Shown here: piece after piece, positions 51,201-63,651 of the stretch | Position numbering within the stretch: the first letter of the stretch is position 1 | How the letters are laid out: every line of letters begins with the position of its first letter | From: Mytilus californianus | Lineage: Eukaryota | Assembly (NCBI RefSeq): GCF_021869535.1 | Contig: NW_026262745.1 | Location: forward strand, 7,998,001-8,062,000 | Direction of reading: 5' to 3' | DNA: 64,000 nucleotides | Position numbers and translations under genes: made by a program | The notes under the pieces: generated by a model | Told to the model about the DNA's origin: nothing | What the model saw: only the letters and a program-made list of their open reading frames with translations | The model's database searches: none

Positions 51201-52218
51201 AGGTATCTTTAATGATGTGACTAAAATGGAATAATCCTTATTTAAATATACCTGTGTCCAAAAAATGCAAATTTTTTCTTAGAAAATTTATTGTTTATTT
51301 TCTCCACAAGATCATCCACCAAAGGATTAAGTTCTTTCAAACATGGCTCCTTAAATCTACTCTCTCTTCCTGGCAATGTAATGGCATGAACTAAAAAAAA
51401 AATTCAATAATCAGTTTAACACACAGGTGGTATACAAACTTAAATAAACCTTGAAAATATTCATAAAGTATTTTTAAGGAATATTTGTTTCTGTTCTTCA
51501 GCTCGGCTTTTCATGAGCAGTCTGCAACTCAAAATAATAACATATAACAATATTATTCATACTTTGTCCTGGTCGTGTATTTCTTGCTTCAAAAAAGCAT
51601 AGCTACTCATGGTCAAATAATTCATTCTCTCTGTTTCTAAAGATTCAAAATGAAACTATTCATCCCACAATGAAATGTTTTATAAAAGAGGCATTGAAAT
51701 AAACTAACATGCATATCCATCATAATTTACTACTAAATTCTCGTCACTCAGCTCCTGTTATGACAATAATTATGAAAACTCAATGAGCCAAACCCATTTT
51801 ATTGATTCAGAAATAGCATTGTGAGATCTTAACAAAGAAAATTATATACCAAAATTTACTTCAGTCATCCAAAATGTAAAGGGTGGTATGAAGAAGATGG
51901 CTCATTAATGTTAATGAACAGTTATGTACTTTATATATGAGCCAGGCCGCTAGCCTATCATTACATTGGACTAAACAGGTATTTTGTCACAACTTCTGAT
52001 AAACTGTCTTATCTCAAAGCCATATTTGTGGTGCAGTATGATCATGATGATGAAACATGATCATATTTCTTAATATCTAAATTACCTTCAATAAAATCTG
52101 GCAAATCTTTTCCCCAGAGTGCATAAAAGTTTGATCCACCTCCAGCCCATGGGAAGCAGATAAGGTTTACATTGGCAAACTCTCTGGCAAATCTACAGTT
52201 AAATAACTTGTCTGCCAT
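42233..52218 (-). CDS. OLAH: Type II thioesterase / medium-chain S-acyl fatty acid synthase thioesterase (oleoyl-ACP hydrolase-like), 7 coding exons, 249 aa
   Basis: Exons 52086-52218, 51252-51390, 48994-49093, 46207-46282, 44856-44949, 42929-43014, 42233-42354. All are GT-AG with matching phases and total 750 nt. Motifs LICFPWAGGGS, LPGRESR, FAFFGHSLG (nucleophile Ser), GGTP, DGDHD, LPGGHFFL (His). Confidence 0.92.
43289..44016. repeat. 17-bp minisatellite, AATATAA(T/G/C)AATATGTAC, about 43 copies, in an OLAH-like intron
   Basis: Directly visible; variation is almost confined to one position, plus a few ATACAC variants. Confidence 0.97.
45295..45968. mobile_element. Composite of two HINE-like families in an OLAH-like intron
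   Basis: 45295-45650 resembles 34990-35470; 45650-45968 resembles the 3' end of 38087-39905, including the terminal hairpin. Confidence 0.7.
47232..47539. mobile_element. 308-bp MITE with short TIRs and a 6-bp TSD
   Basis: Ends GAGGGTAGGAATG / CATTACGACCCTC; TTACAT duplicated at 47226-47231 and 47540-47545. Confidence 0.75.
47540..49040 (-). repeat. 53-bp minisatellite, 28 units, each the last 47 nt of an OLAH-like exon plus its 6-nt splice donor
   Basis: Unit (minus) ACATAGAACCATTGAAAATGTTTATATCTGGAGCATCACCATCACAT|GTAAGT. The first unit is the coding exon end (IEPLKMFISGASPSH). Confidence 0.95.
49360..50667. mobile_element. HINE-like element with ~160-bp tandem repeats in an OLAH-like intron
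   Basis: ATAAAGGGGCATAACTCTAGAA recurs near 50140, 50301 and 50461; (ACGT)n microsatellite; terminal hairpin ATGCCCCC...GGGGGCAT. Confidence 0.8.
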
Positions 52219-53240
52219 CTAGAAGCCTACAAATTGAAAACAATGTAACATAATATATATTATGTGTTGATTAATTAATTGTTCCTTTCAAATATTAAAA
52301 AGTTAGCAAAACTAAACACATATTGACAAACATCTTATCTTATGGTCTATCCAAAGAATGCAGCAGTAAATTTTTCTTTTAAAGTTTCAGGATGTCCATT
52401 GAAAGCAGCAATTCTCATATAACTTGTATATTTGTCATGTACAAATGTATCATGTGTATGTTGAAAGTTTATTTTTAATGGCAAACATATTTTAAATCTT
52501 ATTTCAGTCTTGAAACCTTAAGAGCATATAGTTGTTTTCTTTTTCCAAAAAATAAGTCATTAGTTTAAAAAAAAATGGGCAAATTCCAATATCCCCAGGT
52601 TCAAAAATTCCAGATGTAAATTAAAGACATGATTTTTTTTAAGTTTGTTTCAAATGTTTAAATTACTTATTATAAACGGCATCAGATTCACTCAAAGGTA
52701 ACTCAAAAATATAAATAAACAATTCTTTATTTATTGTTAGTCTCATTGGTCTGAGTCTTAGGCATTAATATCATATTAATATCAAATTCAATATATCTAT
52801 GTAAATAGCATAACATTAAAATACCCTTAATTTATCAGTATTTCATAATTTAAATTACAAAAAGTTAAAAGAATGATGAAGTTGAAAAAAAAATCAACTG
52901 CTAACTTTTTCATGAATAAAACAGCCTAAGGCAACCAATGGGTCTTCAACCACATTTATAGAAGCCACAATTTTCTCAGCTTTTGATTGTTGTCAAGCAA
53001 ACGTAGGGATTTTGAGTCAGTATAAAGTAATACTTCATATCCTTACATTTTTCATTGCAGTTTTGTGACATTGGTTGAATAAAAAGAGTTTTATTTAGAG
53101 TCTGATAATTAAGTCTTAAATTGTACTACACAGAGTATAAAACTGGTTAATTCTTCATAAAAATTATATCATTCACTGTCTCTTAAAGTCAAAACAACAA
53201 AGCCTTTTGTAGGAAAATTTCAATGAAAACATATGGAGAT

Positions 53241-55162
53241 GGGTGCAAGACAAGTCGGCCCAGAGACAACTCAGATTATCTACAAAAAAGACAACTCGGA
53301 ATGTCTATGAAGACAACTCCGACCGTCAATAAGTCATCTCAGACCGTCTATAAAGTCAACTCAGACTAAGGATAAAATTACAGTTTTGACAGAATAAATG
53401 ATTTAATGAAAAAGACTGTGTCTGAAGAAAAGTCTCTCATAAAGTTTTGACATCGATTTTGAGCATATAAATGACGAAAAAGACAACTCAGACCTTCTAT
53501 GAAGAAACTTATATATAGACAATTGATGATAAACGGAAAAAAGTCACAAATTTTGAAGGAAAAAAAGTCACAAATCTGATAAAAAATAATGTTCATTTTT
53601 GTACAACTGTTAAGTAGTATTTCAATTTTTTTCTCCTTTAAAAGTTATGGGGGACTTTCAATGGTAAGTAAATGACATATTGTTTAAGAAAATAAAATAT
53701 TTTTTAAGGTTTTAAGTGTTATATCTTACATTTTCATGGTCAACATTTTATCAATAAAATTACAATAAATACTAACATTGAAATACCACACCCCTGTTTC
53801 TAACCTTAAAAGATGTTGAAATATTCAAAAACACTATCCAGTTGATATTAACTACATACAATTTCAAATAATTTCCCTATGATTTTTTCCATACATTATA
53901 GTCATAAAATACATATATATATATGTCATGTATGTTTCTGCTTACATATTAATAAACATCTATTTATAAGTATATATACATTAAAAAAAATAATAAAATA
54001 TTTAATTACAAAATATACTTTTTTTTTTATTAATTGTGACTTTATTTCCTTTGACCTCTTTTCCTGTGACTAAATTTAAATTTATCTGTGACTTTTTTTC
54101 CAGGACTTTTTTTCCATCATTCCAATTGAATGACGTTCCCTGAATTTTTTATTTCCGTTTAATATTATTATTCAAAAGTTTAAATAAAAGGAGAATTCTT
54201 TGAATAGAATCAAAGGCTCTTTGAAAATAACGCACAATAAAACTTTTTCTTTTTCAGTTTCAAGAGTTCAAAAAAGTCATAAAGTTTGTGCTATTTCCTG
54301 GTACGTCTAAAACCTGCTTGATTTTCTTGTAAAATTAAAAACTCTTCTTAATAATCACAAAGTCTATTGCTTAAAATGGAAGTAAATATTTTACCTAGAC
54401 TGGATAGTAATGTACGTTATATGATTTGAGCACTAAGTATAACTTAAGACATATAATAAGGAAACGTTATCTCATAAAGTTCTTATTTCAAAAGCACAAA
54501 AGTAGAATTAGAGGTTGCCTTTCAGTTGAGTTGGTGGTGCCTTGGACCTTCTACATGTTGGTACGGACACTTCTGGCAAACATGCTCCAGGACTGAACGG
54601 AACATAAAGAGCTCATTATTCATGTTATTGATTAAATTTAATTATCATGACAAAATTACAAATTTAATCAAAGGATAATTTGTTGTAAAATATAATTTGT
54701 TGTTATATAAATAGCACACACTCTATGTTTATACTTTGTTGGAGTTGACATTATAGACGGTCCGTCAGCTGACTTTAAATTAATAAATAATGAATTCAAC
54801 AAATAAATAAAACAAATTCAACCTAGGCTTCTTTTTTTTTTTGCTTCAATTAAGTTTTACAATAAATTGATAAAGATAAGTAAAAAATTTGAATTCACAT
54901 CAATCAATATTTTTTTTGTTATGTTTAGCAAATTCAGCAACATGCAAATGACATTGTCATATAAAATATAACATTTGATCATTTATATAATCAACCTCTT
55001 TTAATACTTTGTCTGAGTAATCATTATAGATGGTCTGAATTGACTTTAAAGGCGGTCCGAGTTGACTTATTGACGGTCCGAGTTGTCTTATAGACGGTCC
55101 GAGTTGACTGATTTGACTCGATCCGACTTGTCTCAGCCTCAGGACCGAGTTGTCCTGCATTC
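53241..55162 (-). mobile_element. Mutator-like (MULE) deletion derivative with long TIRs built of ~21-bp subterminal repeats
   Basis: Left GGGTGCAAGACAAGTCGGCC.. and right ..GGACCGAGTTGTCCTGCATTC are inverted; GACAACTCGGACCGTCTATAA-like repeats occur at both ends. 54440-54640 (minus) reads SWSMFARSVRTN then, frameshifted, VEG..HHQLN, a decayed RTNNxxEGWH MULE transposase motif. Confidence 0.7.
53530..54125. mobile_element. Probable nested MITE-like element with AAAAAAGTCAC inverted repeats
   Basis: GGAAAAAAGTCACA twice at 53536-53575; GTGACTTT/GGACTTTTTTTCC repeats at 54037-54116. Confidence 0.5.
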
Positions 55163-55532
55163 GACTCTTTCGAGACAATATTCATATTTCATTGTATAAC
55201 CCATGTGCGGAACCGAAGATCTTATGGTCTTAATTTCTGATTGTATAGAGCTGTACAAACATTACCAAAAAATATCGCCAAGACCTTAAGAGCGACTGTT
55301 CCACAGCTGTAACTGACATTTACTTGTATTTTTACCGGTCAACTGCTTTCACTTTCAACGTTTCCCTAGATCCAAAAATAGAACAAAATCACAAGTCTTC
55401 GGATCTCTCGGTTCTTGTCAATTATTTTAATTTAAGGTCGGTCATGTGACGCAATACAAATTATTCGGAAGAAAGCCAAGAACCGAAGAAGAAGGAAGAA
55501 TTCAGATATATAGGTTCGAAATGTAAAAAGTT
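55163..55532. promoter_or_regulatory. Probable (bidirectional) promoter region between OLAH-like and DELE1-like genes
   Basis: Short unique, CpG-containing interval between the MULE end and the DELE1-like ATG. GTCATGTGAC (55441-55450), TGACGCAA (55447-55454), CGGAAG (~55466). The OLAH-like ATG exon has an acceptor 8 nt upstream, so it needs an upstream non-coding exon. Confidence 0.5.
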
Positions 55533-58500
55533 ATGTGGAGGTGGCTTAGCGGATTGCCAAGAGGTAATTAAGTGTTTGGGTGATAGTTAATGCATTATTT
55601 ATTCTTGAAACAGATATAACATGACAATGGATTCTTCTCCAGTTACAAGGAAGATTAAACAATGTTACAATGAGGTCAAGCAGGGATTTGTTTTTGTTTT
55701 GATGAAGGTGACCTTTTTGTTGAACTATGCATATACTTGATAACTGAACCATCAGGGATTTTTATTTTTTGATAAGTAGTTATAATATTGAAAGAATAAT
55801 ATCTAATTATACCCATGTGGTTGATAATGCAACACATTTATTGTGGAAAGGGAGATAACCAATATGTGGTGAAAATGTAGGACATCAAAACAAAAAAAAG
55901 CTATTTCAAAATAACAGTAGTTGGCTAATTTAGAAGGGATAGAGGTCATAATTTTTAAAAACGGAGTCCATTTTATTTGAGAGGGTTAATTTCTAGGCAT
56001 TAGAAAATTTTCTTTGGCCAAAAATTAAAGTTTCGAAAGGTCAGTAATTTGGACTTGGTCCAAAAATAAATTGAGGTACATTTCTTAAATTATCATGATT
56101 ATATAGCTCTAACTTATAGCTTTTTTTAAATTCTGTATGTTGGCATGATCATATAGTGCTTTATTAATGATACATAAATATGACCTTTATTTTTCATTAA
56201 GGATTCTATCGGAAATAAACACATTTATTCTAAAACCAGTTATTGATATGAAGAAAAAATCGCTCCAAATGATAAATTAATGTTTATTTGAATCTTTTAA
56301 ATTTTTAACACATCTTTTTGATCTTTTTATACTACAGAGATGGACTTAATTTAAACTTTTGTTTAAATATTTATTTAGCGATACGCCAGCATTTCCACGG
56401 GCCGAGAGCATCGGCAACAGGAGTTTGCAGAGAAGATGAAGCTGAATTTGAGCAGCAGTGTAAAGATTTGCGAAAGAAGAAATGCATATTTGTCAAGGAT
56501 CATTTAAGGATATGTACATTCAGGTATATCTTGTACATGTTGTAGAGTTTAAAAATCCAATATTTTTCACTCTATATAAAAGTAAGGAGATGTGGAGACA
56601 ACTCTCCACAAGAGACCAAATGACATAGAAGTTAGCATCTATAGGTCACCTTATGGCTTTCTACAATGAGTAAATCCCAAAATGCATAGCAAGCTATTAA
56701 AGGTCCAACATGACAATTGTAAAACAATTCAAACGAGAAATCTAACAGCAAGATTTATGTACAAAACAAAATTAAAAAAAGAACAAATATGATATACAGC
56801 AACAAATGACAACCACTAAATTACAGGCTCCTTCCTGACTAAGGACAGATACATACAGAATGTGGGTCGTGTCTAACATGTTTGGGGGCCTAGATCTTAT
56901 AATGATAGAACTTGTAATATTTAACTTTCTAATTGGTCTAAAGAATTTTGCATTATGTTTTCCCAAACAAGTTTTAATAAATTTGCTAAGGATCAGTTAA
57001 TATCCTTTATTTAAAAGTTTTAAAAATTAAAATTTTCCTTGGGACCATTGTCACTCTGTGGGTCTTTTTATGCTTTTATAGGCTGCACATCTTACTGCAT
57101 CATTGTAGCATTCGGAATATTATTGAAGTGAGATTTGACTGATGAGGACTTATACAATTGTAGTGATTTTGTGGAAACATTAACTGCTCTAATACTTTTA
57201 TTGTGTATCTCTTGTGTATGGTGTGTTTGAAAACATATACATAGGTGTTTTTACATCAATACAGCTTTTACTGATTCTAATACAAAAAAAAAATAACATC
57301 TCAGTAGAAAATATAGTTAATACATCATGTACATGTACTGCATAAAATTGTTGAAATAAAATCGTCTGCAATGACTTCTCAGTTAATGTGAATTGCTACT
57401 TTATTAACATTTCCATTGTAGTTTGACAGGTTCTATTGTGAGGAAAGATAAAGTACAAATAGATTATTATACTTTTGTTTATTGAACAATTCTAGATATA
57501 AAGGAGAAGACAAATACAAACATGGACCAGACCAAGATAAATGGTACAAAAATTATAATAAGGATTTTCATTCATTCTTCAATGGGAACCACAATGCATT
57601 GGAAGCTCTTGGCTGGGTTAGTATACTTTTTTTCCAAAGATTGAAACAATAAGTCCATGGCTGGTATATCTGTTGATTTGTAATTACTTATCTCATTTAT
57701 GTAAATTTCTGCAGAAATTGCTACTCTGTTATATTGAAGCTTACAATACTGAAATGCCAAATACTGTTAAACATTTATATTTATCAGGTACTAGATTAAC
57801 TTTATGATCTGGTACATGTAGATAATGTGTTTATGTTACATGGTTTCAATATTATAAGGGCATATTATTTCATGGGATCAGACAATTCAAATGGATCATT
57901 ATGGATCTTATTTTAAGCCTCAGAACTGGTGTATCCCTTTCACAACAGTTTTGGTCAAAATCAAAACTTCAGTTCCCTGTAAATTTTATGAATATTAAGT
58001 ATACTTTCTCTGTCCTAAATATTAAACACAAACTTAATTCTCAGGGTGCAGCTGTAGTACTTGGAATCCATTTATCAAAATGTCCAATTCAACAACCAGA
58101 GAAACACAAACCAAGAAAGCCACCTGATGGACAGAAACGATGTATGTTATGGCAGGTGGCTCTGGCAATACCAGACAAGGTTCGGCCACAGAGAATTACG
58201 TCACATTCTATAGTTGATTCTGATGTTAGTGTATCAAGCAGACCTTTGATTGGTAGTTCTGTCATCACTTTTGATAGCCAGAAACAAGAAGGAGTGAAAG
58301 AAGTATGTATACACACTCCCTTGCATGAATTAACCTTCGGACATGTCAAACTTAATTACAAAATAATGTGTTAATTCAACACATATAAAGTGTGATACAA
58401 GTAAATAATTACATTACATGTATGTTTCACGAGAATATGTTAGTTTGATTGGCTAACAGCAATCGTGTGTAATTCAAAAATTAACCTTGATATCAAAATG

Positions 58501-61500
58501 AAATGTTACATTCGTGATGACACATGCTTCCACAAAAAAGTGCACAGGTAAATAAAAGAAAAACTTGATAAGACTTTTTTTTCATGGTCTTATTAGCATT
58601 AAAACGTAATTATAAGAAATTAATACTTCTTTTTGTAATTTTATTGGGGTGTAAATGTGTTGATCATGCATACATTTTTAGAATGAAGCACTTCCGCGCT
58701 TCTCACAAAATGTGCTTCTGTCAACATTTTTCCACCCCAATAAAATTACAAAAAGAAGCATTCATTTCTTAAATAAAATCCTAATTAGATACGCACATAT
58801 CAACAAATGAAATGAAAATTAATAATGTTGGCTTACTATGTGAGAGCTGATAAAAATACACAAAGAGGCACCTGTATGACAACAGATGATAAAAGGCAAT
58901 ACAAAGGTATACATGAGGGTACATGTGTATGAAATTGCACTTAAACATTCAAGTTATTGATTGGGACTTTGTGCTTCAAAAAAAAACAAAAACAAAGAGA
59001 GAATCAAAACTGGCAAGGTGATAAGATGCTGTCAAAATCATGACAAAAAACAAACAAATGAAGAAAAGACAAACAACAGTCCACAAAACACTACATAAAA
59101 AAACTAAAAGACTGAGCAAGAAAAACCAATTGTTATTTCAGGTGCTCTAAAAAGGTTAAGCAGATGCTGGTATACCGCAGATAGAAATTGAGCAGAAAAT
59201 TGCCTATCAAAATTTCTTCCCGAGGTAGAGGGCAGACACATTTTCCCCCTGCCTAAGACTCGTCAGTAGCTGTCGAGATGAATGTTCTAAAATTACATCA
59301 CACTATTTATGATTTGTGTTTAATTTAAGGTGTTTATATATGTTTCTAGTTTACAACTGCCAGTAATCTTTCCACTGAACACGATGAAAATGAGACCACA
59401 GATCCTTTATACAAAGTAATGAATGAATTTGAGGACATGTGTAAAAAGTATGCAGGGATAGGAAAGAACATCCAGGGTCTCCAAGAAGCTACTAAAAGTC
59501 AGATGAAAAAGGCTGCTAGTAACTGGATAGATGCCTCACATCTTGGTTACACCAAAGCACAGTTCAATATAGGTCTATGTTATGAAACAGGGAAAGGCGT
59601 AAAACAGAATCTCAGAAAAGTAGGAAACATTGCCAATATGAGTTTATTTGAAAATGTAAAAAGATAAATGTCAGATTGCATGTTAAGTAGGCAAATTACA
59701 ATGCAATTTAACTGCAATTTTCAATTAACAGTAAAAATTAGTACATATAAAAAAGGCACTTTTAAAACATTATTCAAGTAAAAGGAAATTTCCTGACTTT
59801 CATATGATATAGTGCTATAGAAAAGTAGTCATCACAGAGAATAGCTAAATGTGAAGCTTGGTTCTTAATATCAGATGACCATCAACAGACCCTATACAAC
59901 CTAGGAATACATAAGCAGCTAAAGTAAAATTAACAAATAAATAACATATACATTCCCATTACTGCTACAAAAAATTGATATTTCAGCCATTTTTGAAAAT
60001 GTCTTATACATCCTTGAGAGCTTACTCTTATCCTGTACTATTTTAGGCAGAGAAGTATTACAAATTAGCTGCAGAAGATGGACACCAACAGGCCCTTTAT
60101 AACCTGGCATTGCTGTACCTGAAGGGTGAAGGTTGTATAGAAAAGAATGTTAACTTAGCTATAGAACTTTTACAGAAGGCTGCTGAATATGGTCTCGGTC
60201 AGGTTAGTTTCTTAGTTAATTTTCTTGAATATCTTAAAAATTTGTTATTAAGGTTTAAAGGATAAGAAAAAAGAAATAATATGGGGAAAAATTGGAAAAA
60301 AACACATATTCAATGTAAGAAAATTGATGAGCAGAAAAGATAATTTGACAATCAGTATGTAAAAGGACATTGTGTTGTTTTTGAAAATTTGTTCATAAAA
60401 TCATAATTTAAGTATGCTGAATACACCATACTGAAAAAAACGATTTACATGATATGGTAATAATTCATTCTTTTGACATCTCTAAAACAAACAAAAAAAT
60501 GTCTTTATACAGGCACAGACCTATCTTGGTGTATATTATACAGAAGAAGAAACCCAGGACTTAGAAAAAGCTGTTTCATTGTTCCAAGCTGCTGCAGACC
60601 AGAATGTAAGATATATGATTATAATAATATAATTTTTGATGAAACCATTTTCCCTGAATAATTCTTGGTCATATAAAATCATTGATGTATGCATGTAACT
60701 ATTGTTTTAAAACAGGAGACAATTATTTATAATTTGGGAAAAATCAAACCACAAATTATTATCTCTATTTTTGGACAGATGTTATGTTTCCACAGAAAAG
60801 TACTGTTTACTTGTTAATATCATCTATAAAACATACTAAGGTGAACGGCTGTTTCAAAGGTTTCTAAAATGTTTGGACTGGACGACATATGCTATACATA
60901 GAACATCTGGTACTTGATGAATAATCCTAATATAGCTAAGTTTTGGTCTAGATGCAGTTAGAAAGCTCAGGATCTTTCATAAATAAGTAATACTCCTATG
61001 ATGACACAATGACTGATGATAGACATGATTTACTTTCAGTACTACACTTTTTATTTTCATTAGTTTAAGTCTGAGGAGATAAATATTCATTATTTTAATC
61101 AAGTGGTAATGAATGAATATATTCACATCTGTAATACTAAATGAAGAGACATGTTTTGTGTGTTTTTTTTCTGTCATCCAAAGCAAATCAATCAATAGGG
61201 CTCTATACCCTAAATTTGGTATGCAAACTGTAGTTTGTTATCCTCTCTAATAATCATTCATTTTGGGTTAGTTGCGGAATAATTCAGATGTCCAAATGAT
61301 TTCAGGATGTCCTTTCAGTCATTACCCTTGGTTTCAGATTTTATGGTTACTTCTAATGTTATTAGTGTTGTCTCCCTTTGCATTTACCCAGTTTTACAAA
61401 AATAATAGACGGAAGGAAAATTTTATGTCCATGATGTAATCTATCAAAGCTCTTTGATAAACAATATTGTTTGAATCAGCAGAATATTTCATATAGTGGC

Positions 61501-63651
61501 ATTTTCATTTAAACTGAAATAAATGAATGAAAAAGAATGACTCTGCTGTATTCACAAATATTGTGTCCTTGCAGGTTACTTTTAATATATATTAAATTTA
61601 ATAGAATAATCCGCAGAAAATCAATTAATCAAGTTTAATCCATTAAGTTTAATCCATCAAGTATCAATAAAAGAAACGCAATTGGCCAGATTAACTGTAA
61701 CTATCTACCTGAATATTGTCAGTGATGAATCACAGACTGTCAGTCAAAGGAATTGATTAATAAGCAATGTTAGGTGTGCATTGATACACAGTCATTTCAA
61801 TGTAATGTAACACATATTATATACTACTCTTCTGGATCCTGAAACCCAGTATTGCCTTGGGTGTGTGTTATTTATTGTTACAGTAATATATTGTATTTTC
61901 TCTTCAAGACCCTGAAGCCCAGTATTGCCTGGGGGTGTGTTATGTAAGGTAATTAATATACATGTATTGTATATTCTCTGCAGGACCCTGAAGCCCAGTA
62001 TTTTTTAGGAGTGTGTTATGAAAATGGATGGGGAGTAGAGGTGAATGAGTGCAAAAGTGCAGAACTGTATTCACAAGCTGCTTCAAGTGGTCATGATGGT
62101 GCACTTTACAGCTTGGGAGTCTTCTATGAACTAGCTATAGGGGGTAAGTTCACAAACTTCAACTTAGTAAATGAAAATATTGAACTATATTGATATGTGG
62201 ACACATATTGCTTGTATGAATAGTTATTAAATATTCAAAGAAATAGTATGGAAAAGGAGCAGGTGCGGTATGGCACTATTTGGTCCAAAATGTTAAGTCC
62301 ATTATTTCAAAATGAAAAGTGTTTCAAGTTAGTGTGTGATTGAAACAGGACAACTTTTGTCGATATTTTTTATAACAAAGCTTCGTGAGATGCAAAAATA
62401 CAGATTTTTGACAAATTAAGTATTCAAGTTGAATAATTCATTTGTTTTAACAAACATAACGTTAAAAACTTTATTTTTTTACACTTGTTGCACATCTTCT
62501 GTATGTTTTACATCCCAAAAAACATTTGAAATTTTTATGTTTTCATTGAATTTGGTAGAAAATTGAGATTTATGTGATATGCCATTAATAAAAATGCTGA
62601 TATGTAAATTTTCAAACAAAAATACAAATTTCCTATCTATTTATTGTTCAAGCTATGATACATAGGGATATTAAAAGGCCATTTTATCCTCTTTTTTTTT
62701 TTATCTTTTATTTGTTTTTCAAAAGTCAGGATTTTACATACCCCATACTACTGCCATTCATCCTAATTTGTAAATCAAGAAAAGGGGCCATAGTGGGGCC
62801 TTTTTGAACATACTCAATAACCATTATGCAGATTTTTCAAGTTTAATTGCTTTGGGCTATTCCATAAAAAAACAAGAAAGGAAAAGTCTTGACAGAGTTT
62901 GACCAGATGAGTCATTGATAAACATTTTCTGCCTAAACATACAATGTCTATCATGTGGTTCCAAATTCATTTCCAGATTCAAGTATCATGGCTAGGAACA
63001 TGACAAGACTACTATTAACTAAATCTAACCTGGCCTGTAAGACCAAAGTTTAAATGTCTGGTTTCAGTCCTAATAATTATTACAAGATACTTCTGACTAA
63101 CTTATAATAATACTGTGGATTCATTAAATTTCATTTATTTTCGAGGGTTCCAATTTTAGTGGATTGAGGAAAAATTGTATTTTCATGGATATTTGATTTT
63201 GAGGTTCCGCACAGTTTGTATACATACAGGCATTTGTAGTTTGTTGAACATTTAAATACATGGTTCACCTTTACACACATATCCTGGAAAGTGTGTATCT
63301 CACCAATAATAGTGTATCCACAATAAACAAATGTTTTCATTTATATTGAAAACTCAATATTTTTTCTCTAATGCTCATTAGTTCAGTAAATTTTAAAGTT
63401 CAATGATTGCTAGTATAGGTAAGAAAAAAATAATACATTATTTTCTTTTGAAATAGTGAGGCAGATAATATTACAAAAAGTATTATATAACTTTGCACAT
63501 TCATTTATAACTTATTTATACATTACAGGATTGCCAGAAGATAAAGCTAGTGCTATAGAACTGTTCAAAAAAGCTACCGACAGAGGGAATGAGCAAGCTA
63601 GAGCACATTTAGAAAAGATCCAAGCTGATGCAGACAGAAAAGATTTACATT
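55533..63651 (+). CDS. DELE1: DAP3-binding cell death enhancer 1-like (mitochondrial targeting N-terminus, Sel1/TPR repeats); probably continues past the last exon seen
   Basis: Exons 55533-55563, 56379-56523, 57496-57616, 58045-58302, 59350-59619, 60047-60202, 60513-60605, 61984-62143, 63529-63651; GT-AG, phases consistent, 452 codons. Starts MWRWLSGLPR; has ALEALGW|GAAVVLGIHLS (cf. vertebrate WDAISWGTLAVLALQLAR) and Sel1 repeats GYTKAQFNIGLCYETGKGV, GHQQALYNLA, AQTYLGVYY, AQYFLGVCYENGWGV. Confidence 0.82.
56585..56885 (-). mobile_element. SINE-like repeat in a DELE1-like intron
   Basis: GAGACAACTCTCCACAAGAGACCAAATGAC matches the copy at 31410-31445, and homology continues downstream. Confidence 0.7.
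61818..62019 (+). repeat. Three tandem copies (73-76 bp period) of the DELE1-like exon 8 acceptor and first 12 codons
   Basis: GATCCTGAAACCCAGTATTGCC at 61835, GACCCTGAAGCCCAGTATTGCC at 61908, GACCCTGAAGCCCAGTATTTTT at 61984, each preceded by a similar pyrimidine tract. Confidence 0.9.

Noticed and set aside
54525-54591. GC-richer segment first read as an OLAH-like 5' exon (AG acceptor, GC donor)
   Set aside because: It is better explained as a frameshifted MULE transposase motif inside TIRs, and the donor is poor.
62890-62925. CAGATGAGTC...GATAAAC as a hammerhead
   Set aside because: The core is wrong (CAGA rather than CUGA) and the stems do not pair.
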